Source: Acidimicrobiales bacterium
GTDB taxonomy: Bacteria > Actinomycetota > Acidimicrobiia > Acidimicrobiales > SZUA-35
NCBI GenBank assembly: GCA_013003535.1
Contig: JABDIY010000162.1
Location: 58,130 to 122,129 of the forward strand
Direction of reading: 5' to 3'
DNA length: 64,000 nucleotides
Every line of letters begins with the position of its first letter. The first letter of the stretch is position 1. Made by a program: the position numbers and the translations under genes. Of the stretch, positions 19,147 to 28,747 are shown in pieces. Under the pieces are notes generated by a model. That model did no database searches and had not been told where the DNA came from. It saw nothing but the letters and a program-made list of their open reading frames with translations.

Positions 19147-20828
19147 CGAGTCAACTCCACGGAGGCGTTGGATCCCACTTTTCCGACGGCGTCGAGCTCG
19201 GCCAAGTTCCCCGGCAGACTCCCTGGGGGAAAAACGAACCCGGTGATGACCCTGGCGGTTGAATTGTCTCCGGTGTAGACCTCGCCGATCACCGAGGTCA
19301 GAGAGTTGGCCGGGTCTTGTGCGGCCGTGTAGATGCCCGGGTCCCACCGATCGTGTTGGCCCCAGACACGCTGAAGGAACGTTGCCCGGAAGTGCTGGAA
19401 GTAGACAATGTTGTTCGACCCAAGAGAATCAGCGACTCGGAGCTGTGGCACATAGCCAAACCGTGGCGACTGCTCGATATCGAATATGTCGTCGTCGGGA
19501 TCGCTGTTGTAGCCGAATACGGGGTCCGTACAGCCAGAGAAAAGGCAGCCAGCGCTCGGATCTGAGCCACCGAAGTTCGGGGCACCGAAAGCGTCGACGC
19601 CGTCGGTCCATGCGTTGCCTTCGTAGTGGGTCAAGCACCGTTCGAGTAGCTTCACCATCCGGTCGGGGCGGTCAATGCCGTTGGCTGGGTCCAGGAGGTA
19701 GTTGGCAACGTCGAGATCGATAGACGTCATGAACATGTCATCGTCGGGTAGGTTCATCCCTCCGCTGTCCATGTTCCCGCCCGAATCGAGCGCTCCAACA
19801 AACTGATCCCGATGACAGGATCGGGGCACGTTTGCGCCTGTGAGGTCCCGCGTTATGAAGTGCCACAGAGGGGTGTCGTCGACCACTACCGCTTTGGCAT
19901 TCTTCCCGAGAGGTATGGAGGTGAATCCGGGAAGAGTTCCCAGACGAGTCAACCGAGAGCCTTCGCCGTCTGGGAACGTGTCCGGTCCCATGAGACCCTC
20001 GGCAAGTGTTCCGGGGGTGTTGCCCGACGAAGGGCGCGCCCCGTTCACTCGAGGGTCCGTAGCCGCGGCGCGGACGGCGAGATCGCAGAGGGTCTCTTCG
20101 GCGTGCGCTACGGGAACACCGTCGTAGGCGGCGACATCATGATCAAGACCCTGCGCCACATTCACGGGATAGATCACATTCGGGCTGTTGCATTTGTTGA
20201 CCGTGCCCTTGTCGGGATTGCCGACGAAGAAAAGTTCGAGGTCGCCGAAGTTGCCCGAGTTGCCGCCGGTGCAATCTGGTGTTGCAGTACCCGTCTTCAC
20301 GCACTCGTACAGTCCAGCGTCGGCTTCGAGTGCGAAGGGAAGTATTTCAATACGGTTGGGTGCGGCCCCGGCCTGCGCAAAGGCGGAATGATCAATTGTG
20401 TTGATTCCCGCCAGTTGGCCAAGAGCCGTTGAATACGTACGGGTGGGAATTCGAAGCCGTATTTCGCTGTAGGTCTTGTTGTGGGCAAAGCAGGTATAGG
20501 TGGGGTAGACCGTCCACCCAGGTTCCAGTGTCTCGGCCGAACAACTCCGGAGCTCGGCATCGGTTACATCAGGGGCAGGCAGGTTTTCATTCAGGACAAC
20601 TAACGCCGTAGCGGCCATGGCCGCCTCGTCGTAACGATCCTGGACCGCAGCCAGTACGGCGAGGTCGGCTGCGGATTGATCACGGCGCCGCTCGATCATG
20701 ACGAAGCCGACGTCCACGATGATCGAGGCAAAAAGCAACATGGCAGCGATTGCAGCCACCGTGACAATGAGGGCTGAACCGCGTTCGGTGGCGTGGTCCT
20801 GCCGCTGAGAAGCGCTGGGCGCCATCAT
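19143..20828 (-). CDS. TadG-like minor pilin/adhesin, paralog 2
   Basis: ERG|SALIVTVAAIAAMLLFASIIVDVG...QSAADLAVLAA. ATGA overlap with the tadE stop. Confidence 0.8.
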   Translation of the reverse strand: MMAPSASQRQDHATERGSALIVTVAAIAAMLLFASIIVDVGFVMIERRRDQSAADLAVLAAVQDRYDEAAMAATALVVLNENLPAPDVTDAELRSCSAETLEPGWTVYPTYTCFAHNKTYSEIRLRIPTRTYSTALGQLAGINTIDHSAFAQAGAAPNRIEILPFALEADAGLYECVKTGTATPDCTGGNSGNFGDLELFFVGNPDKGTVNKCNSPNVIYPVNVAQGLDHDVAAYDGVPVAHAEETLCDLAVRAAATDPRVNGARPSSGNTPGTLAEGLMGPDTFPDGEGSRLTRLGTLPGFTSIPLGKNAKAVVVDDTPLWHFITRDLTGANVPRSCHRDQFVGALDSGGNMDSGGMNLPDDDMFMTSIDLDVANYLLDPANGIDRPDRMVKLLERCLTHYEGNAWTDGVDAFGAPNFGGSDPSAGCLFSGCTDPVFGYNSDPDDDIFDIEQSPRFGYVPQLRVADSLGSNNIVYFQHFRATFLQRVWGQHDRWDPGIYTAAQDPANSLTSVIGEVYTGDNSTARVITGFVFPPGSLPGNLAELDAVGKVGSNASVELTR

Positions 20829-21280
20829 GGACACGCCTGTGGAGCGCCGCCGGTTTCCACCCAGCTGGCGTCCCGCTCGAGGCGGAACGTAACGTCACTG
20901 GAGGGAACAACGCTGTTGAGGAATACGTCGTAGAAGTTGGTGAGCTGTACCAGGTCCCGTTCCACCCGAACAACGCCGGTGTCGCCTGCTTCGGTCTTGG
21001 TGGCATCGGCGAACGTGATCTCCACCCGAGTGCCAGTGGATTCTTCTACGCGGGAACAGATCTCGGCGATCAGTGCATCTCGTTGGGTGGCGCCGGTAAC
21101 CCCACCCGGGGCGTAGTTGACCGCCACGAGGCGGGCACCTTCCCGAGCGCCGTGGCGCGTGTCGAGGATCTGGTAGTAGGTCCACCCGAATTCGATAATG
21201 GCAAATAGCACCCCAAACAAGATGGGCGCGATCAACACAAACTCGATCATTGCAGTGCCGCGCTGCTTGTTTTCCCGCAT
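20825..21280 (-). CDS. tadE: TadE-family minor pilin
   Basis: QRG|TAMIEFVLIAPIL...IIEFG...AREGAR. Confidence 0.88.
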   Translation of the reverse strand: MRENKQRGTAMIEFVLIAPILFGVLFAIIEFGWTYYQILDTRHGAREGARLVAVNYAPGGVTGATQRDALIAEICSRVEESTGTRVEITFADATKTEAGDTGVVRVERDLVQLTNFYDVFLNSVVPSSDVTFRLERDASWVETGGAPQACP

Positions 21281-21481
21281 ATTGCTCACGGTTCAGGTAT
21301 CGGCGCATCATCACGTTCCTTGAGCGGTCCAGCGAACCCTTCAATGGGTTGATTCGCCCAGCCCAAAGCCCCGGGGCCAACCCAAATATGCCGGGAATGA
21401 AGTCCAGCCATCCTTCTCTCAAGGTGCCGGCATTACGCGTCGATCCGATCGGGGACGATCAACCTCCGTCGCCGACAAATC

Positions 21482-22207
21482 ATGACCGCCGCTACGCCCT
21501 CCCCCGCTTCACCATCCTCGTGGACTGCCGAGGATGAGCGCGCCCTTCTCCGGAGGCAGCGACTCAACGAGCGTGCGGTTCAGCTTTCCTCGCTCCTGTC
21601 CGCCGGAGCCGTCGCCCTGGGCGCGGTTCTCACCGTGTTCGGACTCTACCGCTCCAGCACGGAGGCGGCCATTCCTGCTGCACCGGTGGAACCCTTGGCA
21701 TTTGAACTTCGAGACGGTGCCGGGGTCGTCGTTTACGAAACCGATGTGATCCAGCAGGTGGCCGCGGATGGCCTGGAGATGATCCGTTATCCGTGGCGTT
21801 CGGAGCTCCAGGGCTGGGAAATCGCTTTCCTTGCCCCCCGAGGGCGCGCCTCGGGCTACACCTGGAGCGATCAGCAAAAGATCGAGATCTTTGTGAAGGA
21901 GAGCGACGACGCGGACCGGGTGGCGCGGGTGCTCGCTCATGAACTTGGCCATGCGGTGGACGTGACACTGAATACCGGTGACGAACGACGAGCGTGGCTG
22001 GCCGAGCGGGATGCCGATAATCAAACCGCTTGGTGGCCGACCGGCGGTGGGGCCGACTTCGAAACGGGCGCCGGCGATTTTGCCGAGGTCTTCGCCAGCT
22101 GGCAACTGGGCAACGACGACTTCCGGTCCGAGGTGAACCCCGACGTGGATGCGGGGGATTTGCAACTCCTCGAACAGCTCGCCGTCAGGAATTCTTCTGA
22201 TCAATAG
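21482..22207 (+). CDS. Membrane-anchored HExxH zinc-metallopeptidase-like protein
   Basis: One TM helix, VLAHELGHAVD, downstream GDFAEVFA. Confidence 0.7.
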   Translation: MTAATPSPASPSSWTAEDERALLRRQRLNERAVQLSSLLSAGAVALGAVLTVFGLYRSSTEAAIPAAPVEPLAFELRDGAGVVVYETDVIQQVAADGLEMIRYPWRSELQGWEIAFLAPRGRASGYTWSDQQKIEIFVKESDDADRVARVLAHELGHAVDVTLNTGDERRAWLAERDADNQTAWWPTGGGADFETGAGDFAEVFASWQLGNDDFRSEVNPDVDAGDLQLLEQLAVRNSSDQ

Positions 22208-22278
22208 CGCCGGTCAAACAACCCGGGACGCAAGCCAACAGGAACTGAGCCGCTGAGGCAACGCTCGGAAAACGCAAA

Positions 22279-22303
22279 CAGCGCCACCCGAAAGGTAGCG
22301 CTG
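22279..22303. terminator. Hairpin between convergent genes
   Basis: CAGCGC-CACC-CGAA-AGGT-A-GCGCTG. Confidence 0.55.
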
Positions 22304-22322
22304 GTGCGATTCTGGCGGAACG

Positions 22323-22568
22323 TTACTCCGCGGCGGTCTCTGTCCCAGCCTCTGCCTCGTGGTCGTCGTCGGGATGACCGTCGATCTTGTCGGCGAGGTC
22401 CTTGACCTTCTCGAGCTGATCCTCGAACTTCCCACCGGTGGCAGAGTTGGCAGCATCGGCAGCCTTGTCGATGCCTTCCTCAATCTTGCCGCCAACGGAT
22501 TCCCGCAGGTCTTCGGCCTTGTCTGTAACGCCGTGGAGAGCGTTCTTTGCCTTGTCAATAAAACCCAT
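22323..22568 (-). CDS. Rv0909/MT0933-like 'antitoxin'/CsbD-like small helical protein
   Basis: MGFIDKAK...GIDKAADAANSATGGKFEDQLEK, AAAGGAA RBS. Confidence 0.7.
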   Translation of the reverse strand: MGFIDKAKNALHGVTDKAEDLRESVGGKIEEGIDKAADAANSATGGKFEDQLEKVKDLADKIDGHPDDDHEAEAGTETAAE

Positions 22569-22661
22569 GTCGTGTTTCCTTTCGAGCGGGTGTTCAAACA
22601 TTGTGCCCTAAATTTGGGCTGTTTTCTCTGAACTGGCCGGTTCTCGTATCAGAATGTTCAC

Positions 22662-25073
22662 ATGGCGACAGAAAAGAAGCCCGGAGAATTGCATGTAGGA
22701 GAAGGGGTAGACGCGTCTACGGGCGACCGTGATGGAGCGGCGGTTCTCTTGGACAGTGCTGATTTCACCACCCACGGCGTGATCGTTGGAATGACCGGCT
22801 CCGGGAAAACCGGTCTAGGGGTGGTTCTCCTGGAGGAGGTACTCCTGTCTGGCGTGCCGGTGCTGGCGATCGATCCAAAGGGTGATCTAGGAAATCTGGC
22901 TCTTACCTTTCCCAATCTCGATGCGGCATCGTTCGAACCTTGGATCGACGAGGGCGACGCTCGCGTCAAAGGAACCTCCACCAGCGAATTGGCGGCTTCA
23001 ACAGCAGCGATGTGGTCCAAGGGACTCGACGGATGGGGATTGAACGGCACCGATATTCAGCAGCTGCAGTCAGCCGCCAACCCCGTCATCTACACCCCCG
23101 GTGCAACATCGGGAGTCCCGCTGGATGTTCTCGGCCGTCTCGCTCCGCCTGCAAGCGATGACCCGGCAGCGCGCCAAGATGAGGTCGACGCAACCGTGAG
23201 CGGTTTGCTCGGCCTGATCGGCGTGAACTCCGACCCACTCTCGGGCCGAGAACACATTCTTCTTGCCAATCTGATCAGTCGGTCCTGGGACAACAACGAG
23301 ACCCTCGACCTGGGGCTGCTACTCGGCCAGCTGCTCGATCCGCCAATGAGAAAGCTCGGCGTGCTGGACATCGACACCTTCTTCCCGGCCAAAGACCGTC
23401 AGGCCCTGGTCATGAAGCTCAATGGCCTTTTGGCGTCACCTGGCTTTGCGGCTTGGGCAACGGGTGCCGCTATGGATCCCGCCACGATGCTCTGGGATTC
23501 CGACGGGAACGCCAGAGCCGCCGTAGTCTCGCTCGGTCACCTCGACGAAAGCGAACGCCACTTCGCCATCACCATCTTGCTCAGCCGGGTGATCTCATGG
23601 ATGCGCACGCAATCGGGCACCGGGCAGCTTCGCTGTTTGATCTACATCGACGAAGTGATGGGGCTGGCGCCCCCTGTTGGAAATCCTTCCACGAAGAAAC
23701 CCATCCTTACACTCTTGAAACAGGCACGAGCATTTGGTATCGGCCTCGTCTTGTCCACTCAGAATCCGGTGGATTTGGACTACAAGGCAATTTCCAACGC
23801 TGGTACCTGGATGATTGGACGCCTCCAGACCGAACAAGACAAGAATCGCCTCATGGACGGCCTGCGCGCTGCGGATGGCACTGTGGACATGGCCGCATTG
23901 GAGGCCCAGATCAGCGGTCTGGACAAACGGCAGTTCATCCTTCGCACCACAAGAGCGTCGGATCTGCCACTGTTCACTACGAGATGGGCAATGAGCTACC
24001 TGGCCGGGCCGCTCTCGAGCCACCAGATCAAAGATCTCATGGCGGACAAGATAGGAACGCTCACAGGTCCCAGCGCCGACGCCGCCGGGAGTACCGCAAC
24101 GTCAGCTCCTGGCTCCACCGAGGTTGCAGAACTCGCTGACAACGAGTCCACCATGGCGCTCACCGTGCCCCCCGAAACGCCGGTCCGGTACGTGTCACCC
24201 GCCGCACCGTGGCTGGCCGCCGCCGGGGGGAGCGCCAGCAGTAAGAAACTCGTTCCGGTGATCGCCGCCCGAGTTTCGCTGGTCTTCGATGACACCAAGG
24301 CCGACCTCCGCCACGTCGAGGAGTGGGAGGCGATCATCCCCGCCGGCATCGACGGGTTCGACACCGATGCATTGATCGAAGTCGACTTCGATGACCGCGA
24401 CCTTGTCGCCGACGCTCCCGAGGGCGCGATCTATGTTGTCCCAGAGTTCAACATCACCAAGACTGCACTCAAATCCGCCCAGACGGCACTCAAGAATCGG
24501 TTATACGCCAACGAACAAATCGAACTTTTCAAAAATCCCGCTCTGAAGCTCTACAGCCGGCCCGGTGAAACCCGAGACGCTTTTGAGGGCCGCTGCCTGG
24601 TTGCCGCCGATGATGCCAGCGACGCCGATGCCGCCAGGCTCCGCGCCAAGTTGGAGAAGAAGATGGATCGAATCCAGGACCAGATCGCTGCTGCCGAAGA
24701 CCGGGTTCGTCAGGCCGAAACCGAGGCCCAAGGTCGCCGGGAGAGTCAAATTGTCAACCTCGGCACCTCGATATTGGGAGGCCTGTTAGGCGGCCGATCC
24801 CGGTCCCGGTCTCTTGCGACTGCGGCTCGACGCATGAGCAGCGGTCGGCGCCAAGCGGCGAGCTCGGCGAATCGCGTAGAAACGGCGATGAACCGCCTGG
24901 ACGAGAAGACCGCGAACCTGCAAGAGCTCGAGGCGAACCTCGCCGAGAGTCTGATGGATATCGATGACGAGTGGAACGACAAGGCCACCGCGATCGAGGA
25001 GTTGCCAGTTGGTCTGGAGAAAGCCGACATTACGATCGACGACCTGATCGTTGCCTACCTACCCGTTGCGTAA
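22662..25073 (+). CDS. HerA/FtsK-superfamily ATPase (DUF87/DUF853-like) with a coiled-coil C-terminus
   Basis: Walker A GMTGSGKT, AIDPKGD, Walker B IYIDE, QARAFG, LSTQNP. Confidence 0.85.
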   Translation: MATEKKPGELHVGEGVDASTGDRDGAAVLLDSADFTTHGVIVGMTGSGKTGLGVVLLEEVLLSGVPVLAIDPKGDLGNLALTFPNLDAASFEPWIDEGDARVKGTSTSELAASTAAMWSKGLDGWGLNGTDIQQLQSAANPVIYTPGATSGVPLDVLGRLAPPASDDPAARQDEVDATVSGLLGLIGVNSDPLSGREHILLANLISRSWDNNETLDLGLLLGQLLDPPMRKLGVLDIDTFFPAKDRQALVMKLNGLLASPGFAAWATGAAMDPATMLWDSDGNARAAVVSLGHLDESERHFAITILLSRVISWMRTQSGTGQLRCLIYIDEVMGLAPPVGNPSTKKPILTLLKQARAFGIGLVLSTQNPVDLDYKAISNAGTWMIGRLQTEQDKNRLMDGLRAADGTVDMAALEAQISGLDKRQFILRTTRASDLPLFTTRWAMSYLAGPLSSHQIKDLMADKIGTLTGPSADAAGSTATSAPGSTEVAELADNESTMALTVPPETPVRYVSPAAPWLAAAGGSASSKKLVPVIAARVSLVFDDTKADLRHVEEWEAIIPAGIDGFDTDALIEVDFDDRDLVADAPEGAIYVVPEFNITKTALKSAQTALKNRLYANEQIELFKNPALKLYSRPGETRDAFEGRCLVAADDASDADAARLRAKLEKKMDRIQDQIAAAEDRVRQAETEAQGRRESQIVNLGTSILGGLLGGRSRSRSLATAARRMSSGRRQAASSANRVETAMNRLDEKTANLQELEANLAESLMDIDDEWNDKATAIEELPVGLEKADITIDDLIVAYLPVA

Positions 25074-25110
25074 GGATCGATGGGCGCTCGCCTGCTATCG
25101 ATACGGCGAG

Positions 25111-26091
25111 CTACCGGACATGACGAACCCATTGCTGGTGATTGGAACCGGCGAGCACACGTGCTGAAGGCCGTCGACCCGCCCAGGCCCCCGCCAGAAG
25201 AGCGGGCCCCGCACTTCCGATCCGCAGGTTGATCGACTTGGAGGGTTTGGCAAGACCAGCGTGGGTGTCGCCGAGATCCAACCCCCGCTCGGCTGCGAGG
25301 TAGGTGAGGGTGTTTCGGCGAGGTAGATCACTGATCCCGGACTGGTAAAGGGTGTTTGTAGATTTTGCATCCCGGCGTAGTGCCTTCAGGACCGACCGGC
25401 CTCTTGTGCGGCTCTCTCCGACCAGACGGACGAGTGAGAATCCAAATCGAAGGGCCACCTCCGGGCTGCCCATCGCTGCCTGAATAACTGCAGTCAACTG
25501 CTCGATCGTGGCCCCTTCGACCAGTACTCCCAACCGGAGCCGTTCCCCACCCAAGGCGGGGCCGAGCCGAAGGCGTCGGCTCTCGAGCACGACCCAGCAG
25601 GTGGGATCCAGGGCGTGTTCAACGCGTAAGATCGCAGACTCGAACCCAACGAGCCCAAGCGAGCACCCATACAGTTCACCGGCCCCGATCCAGGCGTTCA
25701 CGGGCGAATCCGGGCCTGACGCAGGGCGTACCTTCTCCCACATCTGCTGGGCTTCGATGAGACGGGCCCGGCGAAGGTCCTTCTTCCGCTCCATGACTTG
25801 GATCTCGGCACCGATGGCGGCGTCGCCCATACCTGTGAGTGCCGCAGTAGTGGGCGCCGAGGCGATGGCTTCTTCATAGGCCTGAACCGAACGGGTGAAT
25901 GCCGAGCGCGCGTTGACTACGGCCCGGTAGGCAATATCGGGAGCTGGACCCTGGTCCAACCGGCCAACCCGTCGCCGAATACGTCGATGGCGACGCTCAC
26001 TGAACACGACGAAGACACCGAGAAGCGATGCGATGGCGGCGATCGCGCCAACAATGATCCACATGACCACGGTTGCACCATAGTCCCCCAT
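25111..26091 (-). CDS. Hypothetical protein with an N-terminal TM and a coiled segment
   Basis: 326-aa ORF, hydrophobic N-terminus followed by a basic RRHRRIRRR stop-transfer stretch. Confidence 0.65.
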   Translation of the reverse strand: MGDYGATVVMWIIVGAIAAIASLLGVFVVFSERRHRRIRRRVGRLDQGPAPDIAYRAVVNARSAFTRSVQAYEEAIASAPTTAALTGMGDAAIGAEIQVMERKKDLRRARLIEAQQMWEKVRPASGPDSPVNAWIGAGELYGCSLGLVGFESAILRVEHALDPTCWVVLESRRLRLGPALGGERLRLGVLVEGATIEQLTAVIQAAMGSPEVALRFGFSLVRLVGESRTRGRSVLKALRRDAKSTNTLYQSGISDLPRRNTLTYLAAERGLDLGDTHAGLAKPSKSINLRIGSAGPALLAGAWAGRRPSARVLAGSNHQQWVRHVR

Positions 26092-26173
26092 GGGGGTTCC
26101 CGGAGGCTTTCGAGCCGAGACCGGAACTCGAGTCGATCTGATTGTTTTCCCTGTTCAACGTGACTATTTCCAC

Positions 26174-26195
26174 TGTCACACCCCCAGACGATGAT
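26174..26195 (+). promoter_or_regulatory. Possible PafBC/RecA-NDp-type promoter (TGTC-N12-GATGAT), leaderless
   Basis: TGTC 26174-77, exactly 12 nt to the GATGAT hexamer (1 mismatch to TANNNT), 6 nt to ATG 26202. Confidence 0.35.
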
Positions 26196-26201
26196 AGAGA
26201 T

Positions 26202-26417
26202 ATGAAGCAAGCGCAACTCCCTCGTCGCCCTCGGGCCGCCTACCCGTGGGAACTCAGCGAAGAAACCAAGGCCGTCGGTAGAGCCGGGTTGGCAAAGGTC
26301 CGGTCCATCCTTCAGGAGAAGTCCGAGGGCCCCGCCCAACAGCGGCTGGAGCTGGACTTCTCAGACCCCGGTCGGCATCTGCAATCCGTCCCTCGCCGCA
26401 CCAGAATGGCGGCGTGA
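26202..26417 (+). CDS. 71-aa hypothetical protein
   Basis: WELSEETKAVGRAGLAKVRSIL amphipathic helix, GTGA overlap with the nuclease gene. Confidence 0.65.
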   Translation: MKQAQLPRRPRAAYPWELSEETKAVGRAGLAKVRSILQEKSEGPAQQRLELDFSDPGRHLQSVPRRTRMAA

Positions 26418-26968
26418 GATTTCTCCGGATCCTGGTACTCAGCGCCGTAGCCGTTAGCGCTGTTCTCCTCGGGTTCAGTTTGTGGGCCAATACGTCATCG
26501 CCTCCCCACCCCACCGGGACCGCCGAGACCGCCGTCGTCGAGTTCGTCATCGACGGCGACACGGTCGATCTCATCATCGACGGCCAGCAGGAACGAGTTC
26601 GTCTGATCGGAGTAGATACTCCAGAGTCAGTGAGCCGGGACACACCGGTCCAGTGTTATGGAGCAGAAGCATCGGCCGCTCTCACGGGCCTGCTCCCCAT
26701 CAACTCCGTGGTCCGTATCGAACGGGATGCCGAGGTTCGCGATCGGTTCGGCCGCGTGCTGCTTTATCTTTATCGCGCCGACCCCACCACCAGCGATGGC
26801 GAGATTTTCGTGAATGAGTGGCTTTTGGCCAATGGTTTCGCCGACACGCTCTTCTTCGAGCCCAACACCACCTACCGGAGCCAGTTCACCCGAAGTCGTA
26901 ACACCGCCCGCGACGCCGGGCTGGGACTTTGGGGCGTGTGTGAAGGACCGGATCAACCGTTGTCCTAA
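26414..26968 (+). CDS. Thermonuclease (SNase) family, signal/TM anchored
   Basis: VIDGDT, VRLIGVDTPE, RDRFGRVLLY, NEWLLANG. Confidence 0.92.
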   Translation: MRFLRILVLSAVAVSAVLLGFSLWANTSSPPHPTGTAETAVVEFVIDGDTVDLIIDGQQERVRLIGVDTPESVSRDTPVQCYGAEASAALTGLLPINSVVRIERDAEVRDRFGRVLLYLYRADPTTSDGEIFVNEWLLANGFADTLFFEPNTTYRSQFTRSRNTARDAGLGLWGVCEGPDQPLS

Positions 26969-27300
26969 AGGCCATCCGGTTTCAACGCGCTCAGGGAATC
27001 CAATGCCTCGATCACCGCAATAATCGCGGCGGTCGAACCGGTCGCTTTCAAATCGCCGCGCATGTAAGCCACTGCCAGTTTCAACTCACCGGCCATGAAT
27101 GCGTCGATCTGACCCTGCGTAAAAGGAAAATCACACTCGGGTGTACCAGTGGATTCGCCTACGATCCGACCATCCTCGGTCCTCACAGTGAGCAGTGGAA
27201 CCTTGCCCTTCAACAGGGCGGCGCTGCCGTGAAGACCGGTGGGCTGACGATCGGCAGAGTTGACCATTGCAGCATTGAGCCAATCGGCGTCGAAGGTCAC
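26965..27300 (-). CDS. SCP2 sterol/lipid-binding domain protein
   Basis: AFMAGELKLAVAYMRGDLKATG SCP2-type C-terminus, overlaps the mca stop. Confidence 0.7.
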   Translation of the reverse strand: MTFDADWLNAAMVNSADRQPTGLHGSAALLKGKVPLLTVRTEDGRIVGESTGTPECDFPFTQGQIDAFMAGELKLAVAYMRGDLKATGSTAAIIAVIEALDSLSALKPDGL

Positions 27301-28157
27301 TGCTCCGACTCCCCGGTGATGCCCTCCAGAAGGTCGGTCTCATACTGACCGGTCGGGACGCGTGAAAGTGCCAGCACAAAGTCCTCGAACGGATACGCCA
27401 CCGCGGCGTCAGCATCAGGCAGACCGAACCAGAACTTCTCGGCCGGATCGATCTGCGTCGCATGAGCAAGGAGTGCCCGGGTTCGAACCGGGAAGAACGA
27501 TTCGATGTTCACCCTTGTGGATATCCGGCTGTCCATGTCCGGGCGAACGAACCACTTGTCATCGTAGGGACTCTCCAACCCGAGCTCGGTGTACTTGGCA
27601 TCCCATGCCACGATCCGGGCGCGTGACCAGATGGAGTAATACAGCTTCTTGGGTTCCCACGGATCACCGGCCTCGGGGTACCAGCCCGGGTCGCCGGAGC
27701 GATCGAACGCGGGCAGTGAAATATCGTGAACCCGCAGGTGATCCGGGTGCTGATAACCCTGCTGGTCATCGGCATAGGTGATGATCACATGGGGTCGGAA
27801 ACGGCGGATCTCGGCAACAAATCGGCCGATGGCCTCGTCGAGGTCGGCTTGAGCGAAACACTGGTGGTTGAAGTTTCCGTCGGTATCGGGCATGCCGGAG
27901 TCTCGGTATCCCAACATCACATGCTCGGTGTAGCCGATCGCTTTGACCGATGCGGCCAACTCGGTTTGGCGGATGGCGGGGAGGTTCGCCCGAATCTCGT
28001 CCCGGTCCATCGCCGGGTTGAGGATGTCGCCTTCTTCGCCACCGGTGGCACAGATCAGGCTGGCCTCGTGACCTTCAGAAACGTATTTGGCGATCGTCGG
28101 AGCCCCCTTTGAAGCCTCGTCATCGGGGTGGGCATGGATACACATCAGTCTTGCCAC
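27297..28157 (-). CDS. mca: Mycothiol S-conjugate amidase
   Basis: HAHPDDEASKG, ATGGEEGDILNP, GYRDSGM, HPDH, AHATQIDP. TATCCT 7 nt before the GTG. Confidence 0.9.
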   Translation of the reverse strand: MARLMCIHAHPDDEASKGAPTIAKYVSEGHEASLICATGGEEGDILNPAMDRDEIRANLPAIRQTELAASVKAIGYTEHVMLGYRDSGMPDTDGNFNHQCFAQADLDEAIGRFVAEIRRFRPHVIITYADDQQGYQHPDHLRVHDISLPAFDRSGDPGWYPEAGDPWEPKKLYYSIWSRARIVAWDAKYTELGLESPYDDKWFVRPDMDSRISTRVNIESFFPVRTRALLAHATQIDPAEKFWFGLPDADAAVAYPFEDFVLALSRVPTGQYETDLLEGITGESEQ

Positions 28158-28242
28158 GCCTGTGAGGATATGGCTCGAACCTCGGCGGGCGTCGATTACG
28201 GGCGGGTCTACCCTCGGTTCGACCATCAAGTAGGATTGGCCA

Positions 28243-28725
28243 ATGGACAACTCTTTCGTCTGGGCCATCATCTGGGCCCTTGCCGCGGCGGGGTTTGGAA
28301 TTGGCGAGGCGGCGGTCGCTGGAACGTTCTTCTTGCTCCCATTTGCCGTAGGTGCGGCGGTGGCATCGATCGCCAGTCTGGCGGGCGCTCCCGTCCTGGT
28401 GGGATGGCTCATCTTCGCCGTCGCGTCCGGGATCTCGTTCTTCGCAGTGAAACCCTTGGCCGCCAAACTTGACCTCGACCTCCCCGACCCCATGGGCTTT
28501 GGCGCTAACCGGTTGGTAGGCCATAACGCCACCGTGATCCGGGCGATCGGTAGTGGCGACGTCACCGGCCAGGTGCGCGTGGGCGGTGAAGTCTGGACCG
28601 CAATGACCCAGACGGGAACTGCGCTGCCAGCCGGAGCGGCCGTAACAATAATCGAAGTGAAGGGTAATCGGGTCGTGGTGGAAGCCGATTACTTCACCGA
28701 GTCGTTGAAAGAACTGCCGTCCTAG
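28243..28725 (+). CDS. NfeD-family (short form) membrane protein
   Basis: Three TM-like segments plus OB fold GQVRVGGEVWTA, paired with the SPFH gene. Confidence 0.88.
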   Translation: MDNSFVWAIIWALAAAGFGIGEAAVAGTFFLLPFAVGAAVASIASLAGAPVLVGWLIFAVASGISFFAVKPLAAKLDLDLPDPMGFGANRLVGHNATVIRAIGSGDVTGQVRVGGEVWTAMTQTGTALPAGAAVTIIEVKGNRVVVEADYFTESLKELPS

Positions 28726-28747
28726 CGCGGCACCGAAAGGAACCACT

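Noticed and set aside
22215-22305. GGGACGCAAGCC and GCAAAC...CCGAAAGG resemble c-di-GMP-I riboswitch pieces
   Set aside because: The pieces are in the wrong order, and the site lies between convergent 3' ends with no downstream gene. A terminator explains it better.
22323-22568. A complete toxin-antitoxin module
   Set aside because: No adjacent toxin-like or SRPBCC partner. The 'antitoxin' label for this family is itself weak.
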